A stretch of DNA of 64,000 bases from Candidatus Latescibacterota bacterium. Lineage in GTDB: Bacteria; Latescibacterota; UBA2968. Each line of letters starts with the position of its first letter. The stretch's first letter is position 1. Shown here one piece after another: positions 27,501 to 36,114 of the stretch. The position numbers and the translations under genes were made by a program. The stretch covers positions 5,600,001-5,664,000 of the forward strand of contig OZ241986.1 in the NCBI GenBank assembly GCA_965204375.1. Reading direction: 5' to 3'. A model generated the notes under the pieces. It made no database searches. It was not told the origin of the DNA and saw only the letters and a program-made list of their open reading frames with translations.

Positions 27501-27553
27501 ATTTCATCATGGACGCATTGCTCAAAGAGGTCTATAACGCTGCCCGAGTTTGA
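24527..27553 (+). CDS. hsdR: type I restriction endonuclease subunit R
   Basis: D...NGLPIATVELK nuclease motif, HSAGSGKT, DEAH, FTATP, TGFDQP, QTLSRLNR. Confidence 0.97.
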   Translation: MTRKPTSEKDFEDAIEAWLVGRAGYAKADSRQFDSELGLDKHTLLAFLKETQSDTMDALKRSYGNAVEEAVVKRIASECDKRGLLDVVRNGVRDRGQHLRLAYFRPPTRLNVETEKRYNQNRLTVMRQVRYDVESNHSIDMLLSLNGLPIATVELKNAFTGQRTGHAIQQYIKDRVPTVRTPLIQFKKRALVHFAVDTDDVYMTTRLSGDKTFFLPFNTGNKGGKGNPDDHQYQTGYKTGYLWEEIWQRDSWLDIIHRFIHLHVEKSTDIATRKTTTRETLIFPRYHQLTAVRNLIADTRAKGVGHNYLIQHSAGSGKTNTISWLAHQLASIHDDADAPIFNSVVVVSDRRNLDKQLQDNIYQIEHKQGVVVKIDEDRNSSDLADELNKGTKIIITTLQKFSFLMGKVEDLSDRKFAVIVDEAHSSQGGRSASNLRGVLGGLEKAEAEEEDPPDMEDLILAEAKRRGPQPNINFYAFTATPKHRTLEMFGVRDAEGNPQPFHLYAMRQGIEEGFIHDVLKHYTTYRTYYKLSKAIEDDPEVDESKAKRAIARFMSLHPHNIAQKTEIMVEHFRAFTRKKINGNAKAMVVTRSRLHAVRYKQAFEKYIEARGYTGLKTLVAFSGTVFDPDVEDKQYTEASMNGISERELPAYFATPEYQILIVAEKYQTGFDQPLLHTMFVDKRLADLKAVQTLSRLNRTAGGKVDTFVLDFANEIDEIKEAFKPYYEQTEIDEPTDPNHLYTLDARLKSEPVLRDEEIGEFARTYFKLQSLRTRDDHGQLNKWVDPAVERFKQSYGVSGSDGDAYTEEGEIFKSTLQSFIRLYGFLSQIIEWQDPALEKLYAYARHLFTKLPRRSGEGMLELDDEVALSHYRNEMTFSGSGALEVGDKDFVQGVGDVGTATAKDDHTAPLSSIIEVINERFGTSWTDEDRLLFDQISGDMVRNARLAEQAQANSIDQFKQVFEPEVMKAFVQRQGRNQKIVNDFMSDRALRDFIMDALLKEVYNAARV

Positions 27554-27576
27554 GAATGCAGGAGTTTTACGCACGG

Positions 27577-27628
27577 AACGGGGCAATCAGTCCACAAGAG
27601 CGGGTCACTGATTGTCCCGTTATTTTTT
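27577..27628 (+). terminator. terminator-like hairpin after hsdR
   Basis: aacggggcaatcagt...actgattgtcccgtt followed by a T run. Confidence 0.65.
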
Positions 27629-27673
27629 GACTATTATATTGCTATCTCGACAAAAAATTGTTATTATTGCAAT

Positions 27674-28879
27674 ATGATTCATAAATTTTCCATATCCAAC
27701 TTCCATTCGGTCCGCGAAGAAGTCGTTCTCGATCTACGTATTCCGGGAACAGCTCCCGACCTGCCGCGGTTCCGCCAGAGCAAAGCAAAGCCGGATATTC
27801 GGCTTCCTTCTGCCGTCGTGCTCATAGGTCCCAACGGGTCGGGCAAGACAACGCTACTCAATGCGCTGGTCACTACCGCCATCATTGCCTCATTCGCATC
27901 ATCCACTGAAAAGACCAGCCCGCTCAAGACCTTTTTCCCCTTTTTTTCTGAAGAAACCAGAAACGAACCGACGCGGTTTTGTATGGAGTTCGAAACAGAT
28001 TGGCTGGACGAGACCCATCAGTTGTTCCGATACGAGTTGGCAGTGGTACGCGGTTCTACTGGCTCCGATGATCCTTTCTTCTCTTACGAAGCCCTGTCCT
28101 ACTTCCCAAAAGGCCGCCCCAGGCGCCTTTTCGAGCGCGGTGCTCCGGAAGAACCTATATACGTCTCTAACGAATTTGGTCTTAAACCCAGAGATGATCG
28201 CCTCCAGGCGGTTCGGGCAGACACATCGGTGATCGCCACGCTCGCCATGCTCAATGTGCCCCTGGCGATGCGTATTGCAAAATGGATGTACGGTTTTCTT
28301 TCGTCATCCAATATCATGATTCGTGAGAGATGGGCTCCTTCGACCCAAAGTGTGATTGACAGACTTGAGAGCGATCCCGATATGGGATCCTGGGTTAGAA
28401 ATCATATCCGATCCAGTGATTTGGGGATTCAGGATATAACTATTTCTGACCAGTCTGAGAAAAAGGAAGTGTTCTTTGACCATCACGGGCTTGATACGCC
28501 GATCCCCCTGCGTTTTGAATCCAGTGGGACGAAGCGCCTGTTCCATCTGTTGCCTCAGATCAAGGTCGCGTTCAGCCTCGGTGTTCCTGCTGTTTTTGAT
28601 GAGATAGATGGCGATCTCCACGTGGATATTGCTGGCGAGATTCTTAGCTGGTTCCGTTCCCAGGAGGTCAATCCTTCAGGCGCACAACTTTTTGTCTCCT
28701 CTCACAATGTCGGCTTGCTCGACCATCTGGAAAAGGAGGAGATTTTTATCGTCGAGAAGGACAGCAGTGGCGCAACCCGTGTACATGGAGCACAAGATGT
28801 GCAGGGTCTCCGCCGAGATACACGTCTCTATCCCAAATACCGGGCGGGGGTGCTCGGTGGTATTCCAAAGATTGGTTAA
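27674..28879 (+). CDS. AAA_21 (RloA/AbiEii-like) ATPase with no RloB partner
   Basis: SNFHSVRE, GPNGSGKT, ESSGT, DEID..LH, SSH, C-terminal YRAGVLGGIP. Confidence 0.82.
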   Translation: MIHKFSISNFHSVREEVVLDLRIPGTAPDLPRFRQSKAKPDIRLPSAVVLIGPNGSGKTTLLNALVTTAIIASFASSTEKTSPLKTFFPFFSEETRNEPTRFCMEFETDWLDETHQLFRYELAVVRGSTGSDDPFFSYEALSYFPKGRPRRLFERGAPEEPIYVSNEFGLKPRDDRLQAVRADTSVIATLAMLNVPLAMRIAKWMYGFLSSSNIMIRERWAPSTQSVIDRLESDPDMGSWVRNHIRSSDLGIQDITISDQSEKKEVFFDHHGLDTPIPLRFESSGTKRLFHLLPQIKVAFSLGVPAVFDEIDGDLHVDIAGEILSWFRSQEVNPSGAQLFVSSHNVGLLDHLEKEEIFIVEKDSSGATRVHGAQDVQGLRRDTRLYPKYRAGVLGGIPKIG

Positions 28880-28935
28880 AAAGTGAACTGAAAAGACTTC
28901 TCGAAATCCTCGGTCTTTGATTTTTGTCAAAAAGT

Positions 28936-28974
28936 AAAAAGGACATGCACTCGATATGAATGCGTGTCCTTTTT
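28936..28974. terminator. bidirectional terminator between convergent genes
   Basis: aaaaaggacatgca...tgcgtgtccttttt. Confidence 0.75.
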
Positions 28975-28994
28975 GTTTAGATGGCAAATAGGAA

Positions 28995-29840
28995 TTAACG
29001 ATCCACCACACACCGAAATCCAAGTGTATCGGTTTGGAGATTGGATTGTCGAGCGTCGCGTGCTGTTGTGCGAATGAGGAATGCCGTGCTGAACCAGGAG
29101 CCACCGCGTACGACGCGTTCGATGTGTAAGTAATGAGTTCTGAGTTCGTAGTTGACGGGATTATCACGTGGGCTACGTTGATAGTACGCGCTGTCGTATT
29201 CGTCCTGTGTCCATTCCCAAACATTGCCTGCCATGTCCAATACGCCATAAGGGCTGCGCCCGTCGCTATTGCCTTCCCGATAATATGCAACAGGTGCTGT
29301 CCCGTTGTCAAAGGGATCGCCGCTGTTGAGGTAGTTGGCTCGGTTGGGGTCTGGCTTAGCACCCCAGGGATAGATGCGCCCATCGGTTCCGCGCGCTGCT
29401 TTTTCCCATTCGGCTTCGGTGGGCAAGCGTCCGCCGAGCCATTTGCAGTATTCGCCAGCTTGAAACCAATTGATGTTGACAACGGGATGTTCGGGCGGGT
29501 CAAAGTTGGGCAGTTGACGCTCGGCAATGGCGTAGGGGTTCCATTGGGCATTGGTGATTTCTGTGCGGTCTATGTAATAGGCTTTGAGATGGACGGTGTG
29601 TTCTGGGCCTTCGTTGCGTATGCCGTTGTTGGCGCCCATTTCGAACGGGCCTTCGGGTATTAAGATGAGGGTGTGCGTTGTGCCCACATGGGTTGTGATC
29701 TGGATACCTGTTTGCGTCTGGGATATAACGTGCGGTGGCGGCTCTGGTTCTTCTGGCGGTGCAGTGGGTTTGTCTTTGCATCCGGGCAAGGAGGCAGAGA
29801 GAATGATGAGATAGAAGGATATGCGGGTAAGGGGCTTCAT
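28995..29840 (-). CDS. FGE-sulfatase (SUMF1-like) domain lipoprotein
   Basis: Lipobox LPGC; F.MG, RLPTEAEWEKAARG, DMAGNVWEW, RGGSW, GFRC. Confidence 0.88.
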   Translation of the reverse strand: MKPLTRISFYLIILSASLPGCKDKPTAPPEEPEPPPHVISQTQTGIQITTHVGTTHTLILIPEGPFEMGANNGIRNEGPEHTVHLKAYYIDRTEITNAQWNPYAIAERQLPNFDPPEHPVVNINWFQAGEYCKWLGGRLPTEAEWEKAARGTDGRIYPWGAKPDPNRANYLNSGDPFDNGTAPVAYYREGNSDGRSPYGVLDMAGNVWEWTQDEYDSAYYQRSPRDNPVNYELRTHYLHIERVVRGGSWFSTAFLIRTTARDARQSNLQTDTLGFRCVVDR

Positions 29841-29967
29841 AGTGGATCAGGTAGAGAATGTGTGAAGAACGGAAAAGGAATATAATGTATCTGCGCCAAA
29901 AGAGAAACCATCTGCGACCTGAGTGTGTCCAATGGGTGATGGTTTTTAATTCGTTTGCGAGAAGAAG

Positions 29968-30333
29968 GTGACGCTTATGAAATCGAAATTACAGACTATC
30001 ACTAAATTGACAAAGCGACGGCTTCCGATCAACCGACCGCCAACGCACCCGGGCGAAATGTTATTGGAAGAATTTCTCAAGCCTATGGGAATCAGTCAAT
30101 CGGCCTTTGCAGTGAAATTGGGCATTTCATTCCCGCTTTTGAATAAAGTTATAAACGGCAAGCGATGTGTCACACCAGATATCGCATTGCGCCTGGCACA
30201 AGTGCTTGGCATGTCAGCGGATTTTTGGCTTGATCTGCAATCAGATTGGGATTTGTGGCATGCGATGCGAACCGAAAAAGCAGAGAAAATTGCACAACTT
30301 GAGCCATTACCCGATTTGACCTGTTCTGAATAA
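29968..30333 (+). CDS. HigA-family antitoxin (orphan)
   Basis: PTHPGEMLLEEFLKP...ALRLA...FWLDLQ..WDL; no higB upstream. Confidence 0.88.
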   Translation: MTLMKSKLQTITKLTKRRLPINRPPTHPGEMLLEEFLKPMGISQSAFAVKLGISFPLLNKVINGKRCVTPDIALRLAQVLGMSADFWLDLQSDWDLWHAMRTEKAEKIAQLEPLPDLTCSE

Positions 30334-30411
30334 AAAGGTCTGTGACACTCGTCACAGACCTTTTGCTTTTTACGGGTGGTCGTTTACTCAGCGGGTTGCT
30401 GTATTACGCGC
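30329..30411. repeat. direct repeat copy 1: terminator plus duplicated 3' end of the peroxiredoxin gene
   Basis: Matches 32953-33036 with about 5 substitutions; minus strand encodes RVIQQPAE*. Confidence 0.9.
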
Positions 30412-30496
30412 TGAAAGAGAAACTATATGAGGTTTAGGTGTGTCTAACGGGCGATGGTTTTTCAAGATGCTCTATTTGTAACGGAGGCGGGTTGTC

Positions 30497-32938
30497 GTGT
30501 TTAGAAATTATCTGATTATCGCGCTGAGAAATCTCAATCGGCAAAAGACTTTTAGTGCGATCAATATTTTGGGGCTTGCCATTGGTCTGGGAACGTGCTT
30601 TTTGATCGTGCTCTATATTCAAGACGAGTTGAGTTTTGACAGTTGGCATACAAAAGGAGATCGGATCTATCGCGTGGTCCGGGAGACCCGATCTGGGGGG
30701 CAATCGGATTATTTGCCATTTACGTCTGGCGCGCTGGCACGGGCACTTGCGCGGGACTTTCCCGAGGTGGAGAAAGCCGTTCGCGTGATAACGTGGAGTT
30801 CCGTAGATGTGCGTTTGGATGAAAAAAAGTTCGAGATGGGTGTCTGTGTTGCCGATCCCGAGATGTTTGAAATTTTCGATTTTCCATTTGTGCGCGGCAA
30901 TCTCGAAACCGCATTTTCCAATCCGAACGCTATTGCCATAACAGAGTCGGCGGCAAAGTTGTTATTTGGAGACGAAGATCCGATTGGGAAGACCATCACC
31001 GCTGAGAGCAATCACCACGGAGGCGAGCGCACCATCACTGCGGTATTAAAAGATGTGCCCCACAATTCTACACTGCAATTCGATTATGTTTCAACAGGTG
31101 GATTTACGTCCCCAGGCGCAAAATACGCCTGGGAAGATTGGATACCAACCGATGGCTGGCGTCCTGTCAATACGTATTTTTTGCTGCGAGAAGGGGCGGA
31201 TCCAAAGGCGCTGTCCGCAAAATTTCCCGAATTTATCGATCGCTATATGGGTGCAGAGATCGCGCGCACAAATGCATATCATCTCCAGCCTCTCAAACGC
31301 ATTTATCTCTATTCGAGGCAGGACTACAATCTGGATTGGTACTTCGGTGATATTGACCGCGTTTATCAATTTGGGGCTATTGCTGTTCTGGTGCTTGCGA
31401 TTGGATGTATTAATTTTACAAATTTGACCACGGCGCAATCTGCTCGCAGGGCGCACGAGGTGGGTTTGCGAAAGGTGTCGGGTGCGTATCGCTCGCAACT
31501 GATGGGGCAGTTTTTGGGCGAGTCTGTTCTCACGGCATTGGTCGCGCTTGTGCTCGCGCTCGTTGCTGTCAAATTGGTGCTGCCCGAGTTTAATGCCTTT
31601 TTCTTTAAGCAGATTGAGTTGAATTTGTCGAGTGATCCTTTGCTCGCCATTGCTTTGATTGGTATTGCCGTATTCGTCGGGCTATTGGCTGGTGTTTATC
31701 CCTCGTTTTTTCTTTCGGCGTATGAACCCACAGAGACGCTAAAGGGAGCGTTTCGCGCGGGTTCTCGGGGGCAGTGGATTCGAAAGGGGCTGGTGGTGGC
31801 GCAATTTGCTATTTCAATTATCCTGCTTGCGAGTACGGGGGTGATCTATCGCCAACTCGATTATATTAAAAATAAGAACCTGGGTTTTAATATGGAGCAG
31901 ATGGTGCTCATACCCATATTTGTGTTGGATCAGGAGACAAAATCGGATCCTGGACAAAAGCTCGCCGCCCGTTATACGACGGTGAAGGAAGCATTTCGCG
32001 CCCATCCGAATGTGCTTGAGGTAACGGCTTATCGCTGGTGGGTTGGATGGGGTGGGGGTATTACCCGAACCATTCGGGCAGAGGGTCACGAGGGCACGGA
32101 CTGGCGCATGCCCCTTCTGGAGGTCGATGAAGATTATCTCGATGTGTTTCAAATCGGGCTGGTAGAAGGGCGAAAATTTGATCCGATTGCATTTCCCACA
32201 GATACGTCGAAGGCTTTTATCATTAATGAAACGGCGGTGGCTCGGCTCGGTTGGGATGATCCTATTGGCAAGTCTTTTGAGTGGGTTGACCGGGTGAGAA
32301 ATCGAAAGGGGACGGTGATTGGCGTGGTGAAAGATTTTCACTTCAGTCCGCTACGAGAGGAAATTGGTCCTATTGCGCTGACGATTCGACACCAGCAGTT
32401 TTACAATCTGGGCGCGCGCGTCAAAACCGAGGGTCTGGAAGAGACGCTCGCTTTTTTTGAAGAGACCTGGAAGCGTTTCGCTCCTGCAGATCAGCCTTTT
32501 GACTATCTGATGTGGGATCAGCAGTTTGAATTCATGTACTATGCAGAACAACGGGCGCAGGCGCTGACCTTGCTCTCTTCGGGGATGGCGATTTTGCTCG
32601 CGTGTATGGGGCTTTTTGGTCTTGCGGCATTTACGGTTGAGCAGCGTGTGAAAGAGATTGGGGTGCGAAAGGTTTTGGGTGCGAGTGTGTCAAATATTGT
32701 GATGCTCATTTCCAGGACATTTGCAATTATGGTTTTGATTGCGAATCTGTTTGCATGGCCGGTTGCGTATTTTGCGATGCGAAGTTGGCTGGATGGTTTT
32801 GCCTATCGCACGGATCTTTCGTGGTGGATATTTGTTTTGAGTGGTGCGATCGCATTGGCAATCGCGTTGTTTACCGTGAGTTTTCACGCCCTCCGCGCGG
32901 CTGTGTCCAATCCTGTGGAAGCACTGCGGCATGAGTAG
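30497..32938 (+). CDS. MacB/FtsX-type duplicated ABC transporter permease
   Basis: MFRNYLIIALRNL...INILGLAIGL, two periplasmic/FtsX halves (RAHEVGLRKV and RVKEIGVRKVLGA), NPVEALRHE. Confidence 0.93.
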   Translation: MFRNYLIIALRNLNRQKTFSAINILGLAIGLGTCFLIVLYIQDELSFDSWHTKGDRIYRVVRETRSGGQSDYLPFTSGALARALARDFPEVEKAVRVITWSSVDVRLDEKKFEMGVCVADPEMFEIFDFPFVRGNLETAFSNPNAIAITESAAKLLFGDEDPIGKTITAESNHHGGERTITAVLKDVPHNSTLQFDYVSTGGFTSPGAKYAWEDWIPTDGWRPVNTYFLLREGADPKALSAKFPEFIDRYMGAEIARTNAYHLQPLKRIYLYSRQDYNLDWYFGDIDRVYQFGAIAVLVLAIGCINFTNLTTAQSARRAHEVGLRKVSGAYRSQLMGQFLGESVLTALVALVLALVAVKLVLPEFNAFFFKQIELNLSSDPLLAIALIGIAVFVGLLAGVYPSFFLSAYEPTETLKGAFRAGSRGQWIRKGLVVAQFAISIILLASTGVIYRQLDYIKNKNLGFNMEQMVLIPIFVLDQETKSDPGQKLAARYTTVKEAFRAHPNVLEVTAYRWWVGWGGGITRTIRAEGHEGTDWRMPLLEVDEDYLDVFQIGLVEGRKFDPIAFPTDTSKAFIINETAVARLGWDDPIGKSFEWVDRVRNRKGTVIGVVKDFHFSPLREEIGPIALTIRHQQFYNLGARVKTEGLEETLAFFEETWKRFAPADQPFDYLMWDQQFEFMYYAEQRAQALTLLSSGMAILLACMGLFGLAAFTVEQRVKEIGVRKVLGASVSNIVMLISRTFAIMVLIANLFAWPVAYFAMRSWLDGFAYRTDLSWWIFVLSGAIALAIALFTVSFHALRAAVSNPVEALRHE

Positions 32939-32952
32939 ATTGGGATAATGAA

Positions 32953-33036
32953 AATAAAAAAGGTCTGTGATATTTGTCACAGACCTTTTGCTTTTTGCGG
33001 GTGGTCGTTTACTCAGCGGGTTGCTGTATGACGCGC
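32953..33036. repeat. direct repeat copy 2: bidirectional terminator plus the current 3' end of the peroxiredoxin gene
   Basis: aaaaggtctgtga-loop-tcacagacctttt, then gtggtcgtttactcagcgggttgctgtat. Confidence 0.9.
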
Positions 33037-33641
33037 AAATAGGGTTTTACAGCGGTGTATCCGGGGAAGCGTTCGTCGGCTTCTTCGTCTGTAACCGTGG
33101 GTGAGATGATCACGTCTTCGCCGGGTCGCCAGTTTACTGGCGTGGCCAAACTGTGTTTGGCTGTCAATTGCAGGGAATCGACTACGCGCAGGATTTCGTC
33201 GAAGTTGCGGCCCGTAGATGCCGGGTAGGTGAGCATCAGTTTGATTGTTTTGTCGGGTCCAATTACAAATACCGATCGCACGGTCAGGGTGTTATCTGCA
33301 TTGGGATGGATCATTTCGTAGAGGTCGGCTACCTGGCGGTCGGGGTCGGCGATCATAGGATAATTCACGGTTGCATTTTGCGTTTCGTTGATGTCGCTAA
33401 TCCAGCCTTCATGGGATTCGAGGGGATCAACGCTGATCGCCAAAACTTTGACGCCGCGCTTGTCAAATTCGTCTTTGATATTCGCCATGGCGCCCAATTC
33501 GGTGGTGCATACTGGCGTAAAGTCAGCCGGATGGGAAAACAGAATACCCCAGCCATCACCCAACCATTCGTGAAAATTGATGGTGCCTTCCGTGGTTTCT
33601 GCCGTAAAGTCGGGGGCAACATCGCCTAACTGCAATGACAT
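33009..33641 (-). CDS. 1-Cys peroxiredoxin (Prx6 family)
   Basis: FSHPADFTPVCTTELG, YPASTGRNFDEILR; ATG 33641. Confidence 0.95.
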   Translation of the reverse strand: MSLQLGDVAPDFTAETTEGTINFHEWLGDGWGILFSHPADFTPVCTTELGAMANIKDEFDKRGVKVLAISVDPLESHEGWISDINETQNATVNYPMIADPDRQVADLYEMIHPNADNTLTVRSVFVIGPDKTIKLMLTYPASTGRNFDEILRVVDSLQLTAKHSLATPVNWRPGEDVIISPTVTDEEADERFPGYTAVKPYLRVIQQPAE

Positions 33642-33800
33642 AGTATAATCCTTTCTATTGGATTGTGGAGGAGAATAAAGCGAGAATCCAACTGCGTGGC
33701 GATAATATAAGACAAAACGATACTCCGTCAAGTTGTCAAGTTTATCGCGTTGTTGCATGAGGTGGAGCTTTAAAATATATTCGATGAAACGCAGATTGGT

Positions 33801-36020
33801 TTGATGATCTCAAGGGAGGCGATTGTGTCCACGATTCATTTTGATAAACTTTCGATGTACGACCGTATTGGCGAACCCGTTTCGCTCGGTATTCCATTTG
33901 CCCAGGGGCGACTCACCGACTCTGGGCAATTTGGTATTTGTAATGATGGAACAGATATAGCGGTTCAGACAGATGTTACAGCGCGCTGGGACGATGGGTC
34001 GATCAAGTGGCTTATGGCGCATTTTCTGGCTGATCTTCCCGGCAACCGCGCGCACGATCTCACTTTTGCCACTGATGGCAGTATTTCTACGCCTGATCTC
34101 GATCAGAGGACCACAGTGACGCAACGGGGAAATTTCTATACTATTGATACGGGTGTTCTTTCTGTTGATGTTGGGGTCGGGACAGATCTGTTTAAGGCTG
34201 TTCGGGTGAATGATGCTGAATGGTTTGGTGCAAATGCTTCTTTTGGTATAACTGATGCAGAAGGTGGATTGTATTTCGCCAATATTGACCAGATTACGAT
34301 TCTGGAGTCAGGTCCTGTACGGAGTCTTGTCGAATGTGCAGGTAAACACGTTGGCGATGCAGGAACATTGTTCGATGTGCGCGTTCTCATTGAGGCATGG
34401 GCGGGAAAACCTTTTGTTCGTCTGGACTATCAGTTTATCAATCGAGAGAAGGCAGCGAGTGTTGATGTGGCAGAGATTGCGTTGAAGTTCGCCGCATCGG
34501 GTGCGGGCGATGTGCGCTGCGCTACTGGAGAGGGTTATTATCGCACCGATCTTACAGAGGGGGCAAATGCGCGTCTTCTGGATGCTGAGACGATTCTTTT
34601 TCAGTCTGTTGAACACGTGCTTGAGACGTTTTATGGAGATTTCTGGGCAGACTGGTGCGATGCTGAAAAGGGCGTTTGTATTACGCCTTTTCATGCCCAT
34701 CAAAATTTTCCCAAGGGGATTGCAGTTGGCGAAGATGGCATTGATTTCGATATTTATCCCGCGAGTGAGGATCCCGTCAAAATTTTGCAAGGCGTGGCCA
34801 AAACTCATCGCATGCAATTTTATTTTCACACTTCTGCCGTGTCTCTGGACGATGTTGTTGTTCAATCGCTCCAATTTCAATATCCGGATATTGGTATTTT
34901 GTCCGAGTCCTGGTATCGCGAAGCGAATGTGTGGGAGAATCTCTTTCCCGAAAATAAGAATCAGGATATTGAAGCCAGTATTATCAATATGGCCGATGGG
35001 CGCAATCAGGGGCTTGGGATGATGCACTGGGGCGATGGTCCGGATCACGGGTACACGCAGCAGGGTCGGGGTAAAGGGGAGTTGGTGTGGACCAATAATG
35101 AATACGATTTTCCACATGCGATGTTTTTGCTCTATGCGAAGACGGGCGAGCGCCGGTTTAGAGATGTTGCGTGTGTGGCTGCACAACACTGGATTGATGT
35201 GGATTTTTGTCATTATAGCGATGATCCACTCAAGATGGGTGGGCAACCCATTCACACGGCGGGGCATGTGACGGGCAGTGTAACGCCTTCGCACGAGTGG
35301 ACCGAGGGGTTGCTGGATTATTATCACATGACTGGTAAACGGGAGGCTCGCGAAAAGGCCATTTCTATTGCGGATAATATGATCCGCCATCTCGAGTCGC
35401 CCAAATTTGCGCGCGCCGGGGGGCAGCAAGCCCGGGAGACTGGCTGGGCGATGCGCGGTCTGATTGCTGTGTACATTGAGACAAAGGAAGAGAAATACCT
35501 CGATGCGTGTCGCAGTATTGCCGAGCAATTTATCGCGTGGAAAGAAAAATGGGGTGCTTTTCTCGCGCCTTATACCGCGCATACGCTGGTGCGCGTTCCT
35601 TTTATGATTTCCATAGCGATCAATGCGTTGCATCGCTATTATACCGCGACGGGAGATGGTCGTATTCCACCGCTTATTGTAGCGGAGATGGGCGATTTGC
35701 TCGATCACTGTGTGATGCCCGATGGACGCTTTTTTTACAAGGAATTGCCGAGCCTCCAGCGGCGCGCGGGCGGTCCTCGAGAAATGGAAGCGCTGTGTCA
35801 TGCTTATGAGCACTCGGGCGATAAACGCTTTTTGGAACAGGCTGAGCGCATGATGAAATCCATGCGTCCGGGTGGCAGTCGTAGTGGCAAGCGCATTGTT
35901 AAGGATCTCGTTGGTGATACCGTGCTTTTCGATGGTTCAGGTCCCAAAGCGTTTGCTTCTTTTTATGTTCCTTTTATGTCTTCGTACAAGATTTTGTCGG
36001 ATGAGAATTGCCTGACTTGA
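33801..36020 (+). CDS. YetA/exo-rhamnogalacturonan lyase (PL26)-like protein
   Basis: EPV.LGIPF.QG, RWDDGSIKW, W.NNEYD, SHEWTEGL.DYY.MTG, RETGW; start position uncertain. Confidence 0.6.
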   Translation: MMISREAIVSTIHFDKLSMYDRIGEPVSLGIPFAQGRLTDSGQFGICNDGTDIAVQTDVTARWDDGSIKWLMAHFLADLPGNRAHDLTFATDGSISTPDLDQRTTVTQRGNFYTIDTGVLSVDVGVGTDLFKAVRVNDAEWFGANASFGITDAEGGLYFANIDQITILESGPVRSLVECAGKHVGDAGTLFDVRVLIEAWAGKPFVRLDYQFINREKAASVDVAEIALKFAASGAGDVRCATGEGYYRTDLTEGANARLLDAETILFQSVEHVLETFYGDFWADWCDAEKGVCITPFHAHQNFPKGIAVGEDGIDFDIYPASEDPVKILQGVAKTHRMQFYFHTSAVSLDDVVVQSLQFQYPDIGILSESWYREANVWENLFPENKNQDIEASIINMADGRNQGLGMMHWGDGPDHGYTQQGRGKGELVWTNNEYDFPHAMFLLYAKTGERRFRDVACVAAQHWIDVDFCHYSDDPLKMGGQPIHTAGHVTGSVTPSHEWTEGLLDYYHMTGKREAREKAISIADNMIRHLESPKFARAGGQQARETGWAMRGLIAVYIETKEEKYLDACRSIAEQFIAWKEKWGAFLAPYTAHTLVRVPFMISIAINALHRYYTATGDGRIPPLIVAEMGDLLDHCVMPDGRFFYKELPSLQRRAGGPREMEALCHAYEHSGDKRFLEQAERMMKSMRPGGSRSGKRIVKDLVGDTVLFDGSGPKAFASFYVPFMSSYKILSDENCLT

Positions 36021-36114
36021 TTTGAGACCGACAAATGGTTACTTTTGAAATGTTGTGTTTGATTCGAGGCTGTGCAGATGCCGGGTTAATATTTAGACAG
36101 GTGATAAAAATTCT

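Noticed and set aside
28995-29840. True formylglycine-generating enzyme for the sulfatase
   Set aside because: The catalytic Cys pair after RGGS is absent (RGGSWFSTAFLIR) and the protein is a lipoprotein.
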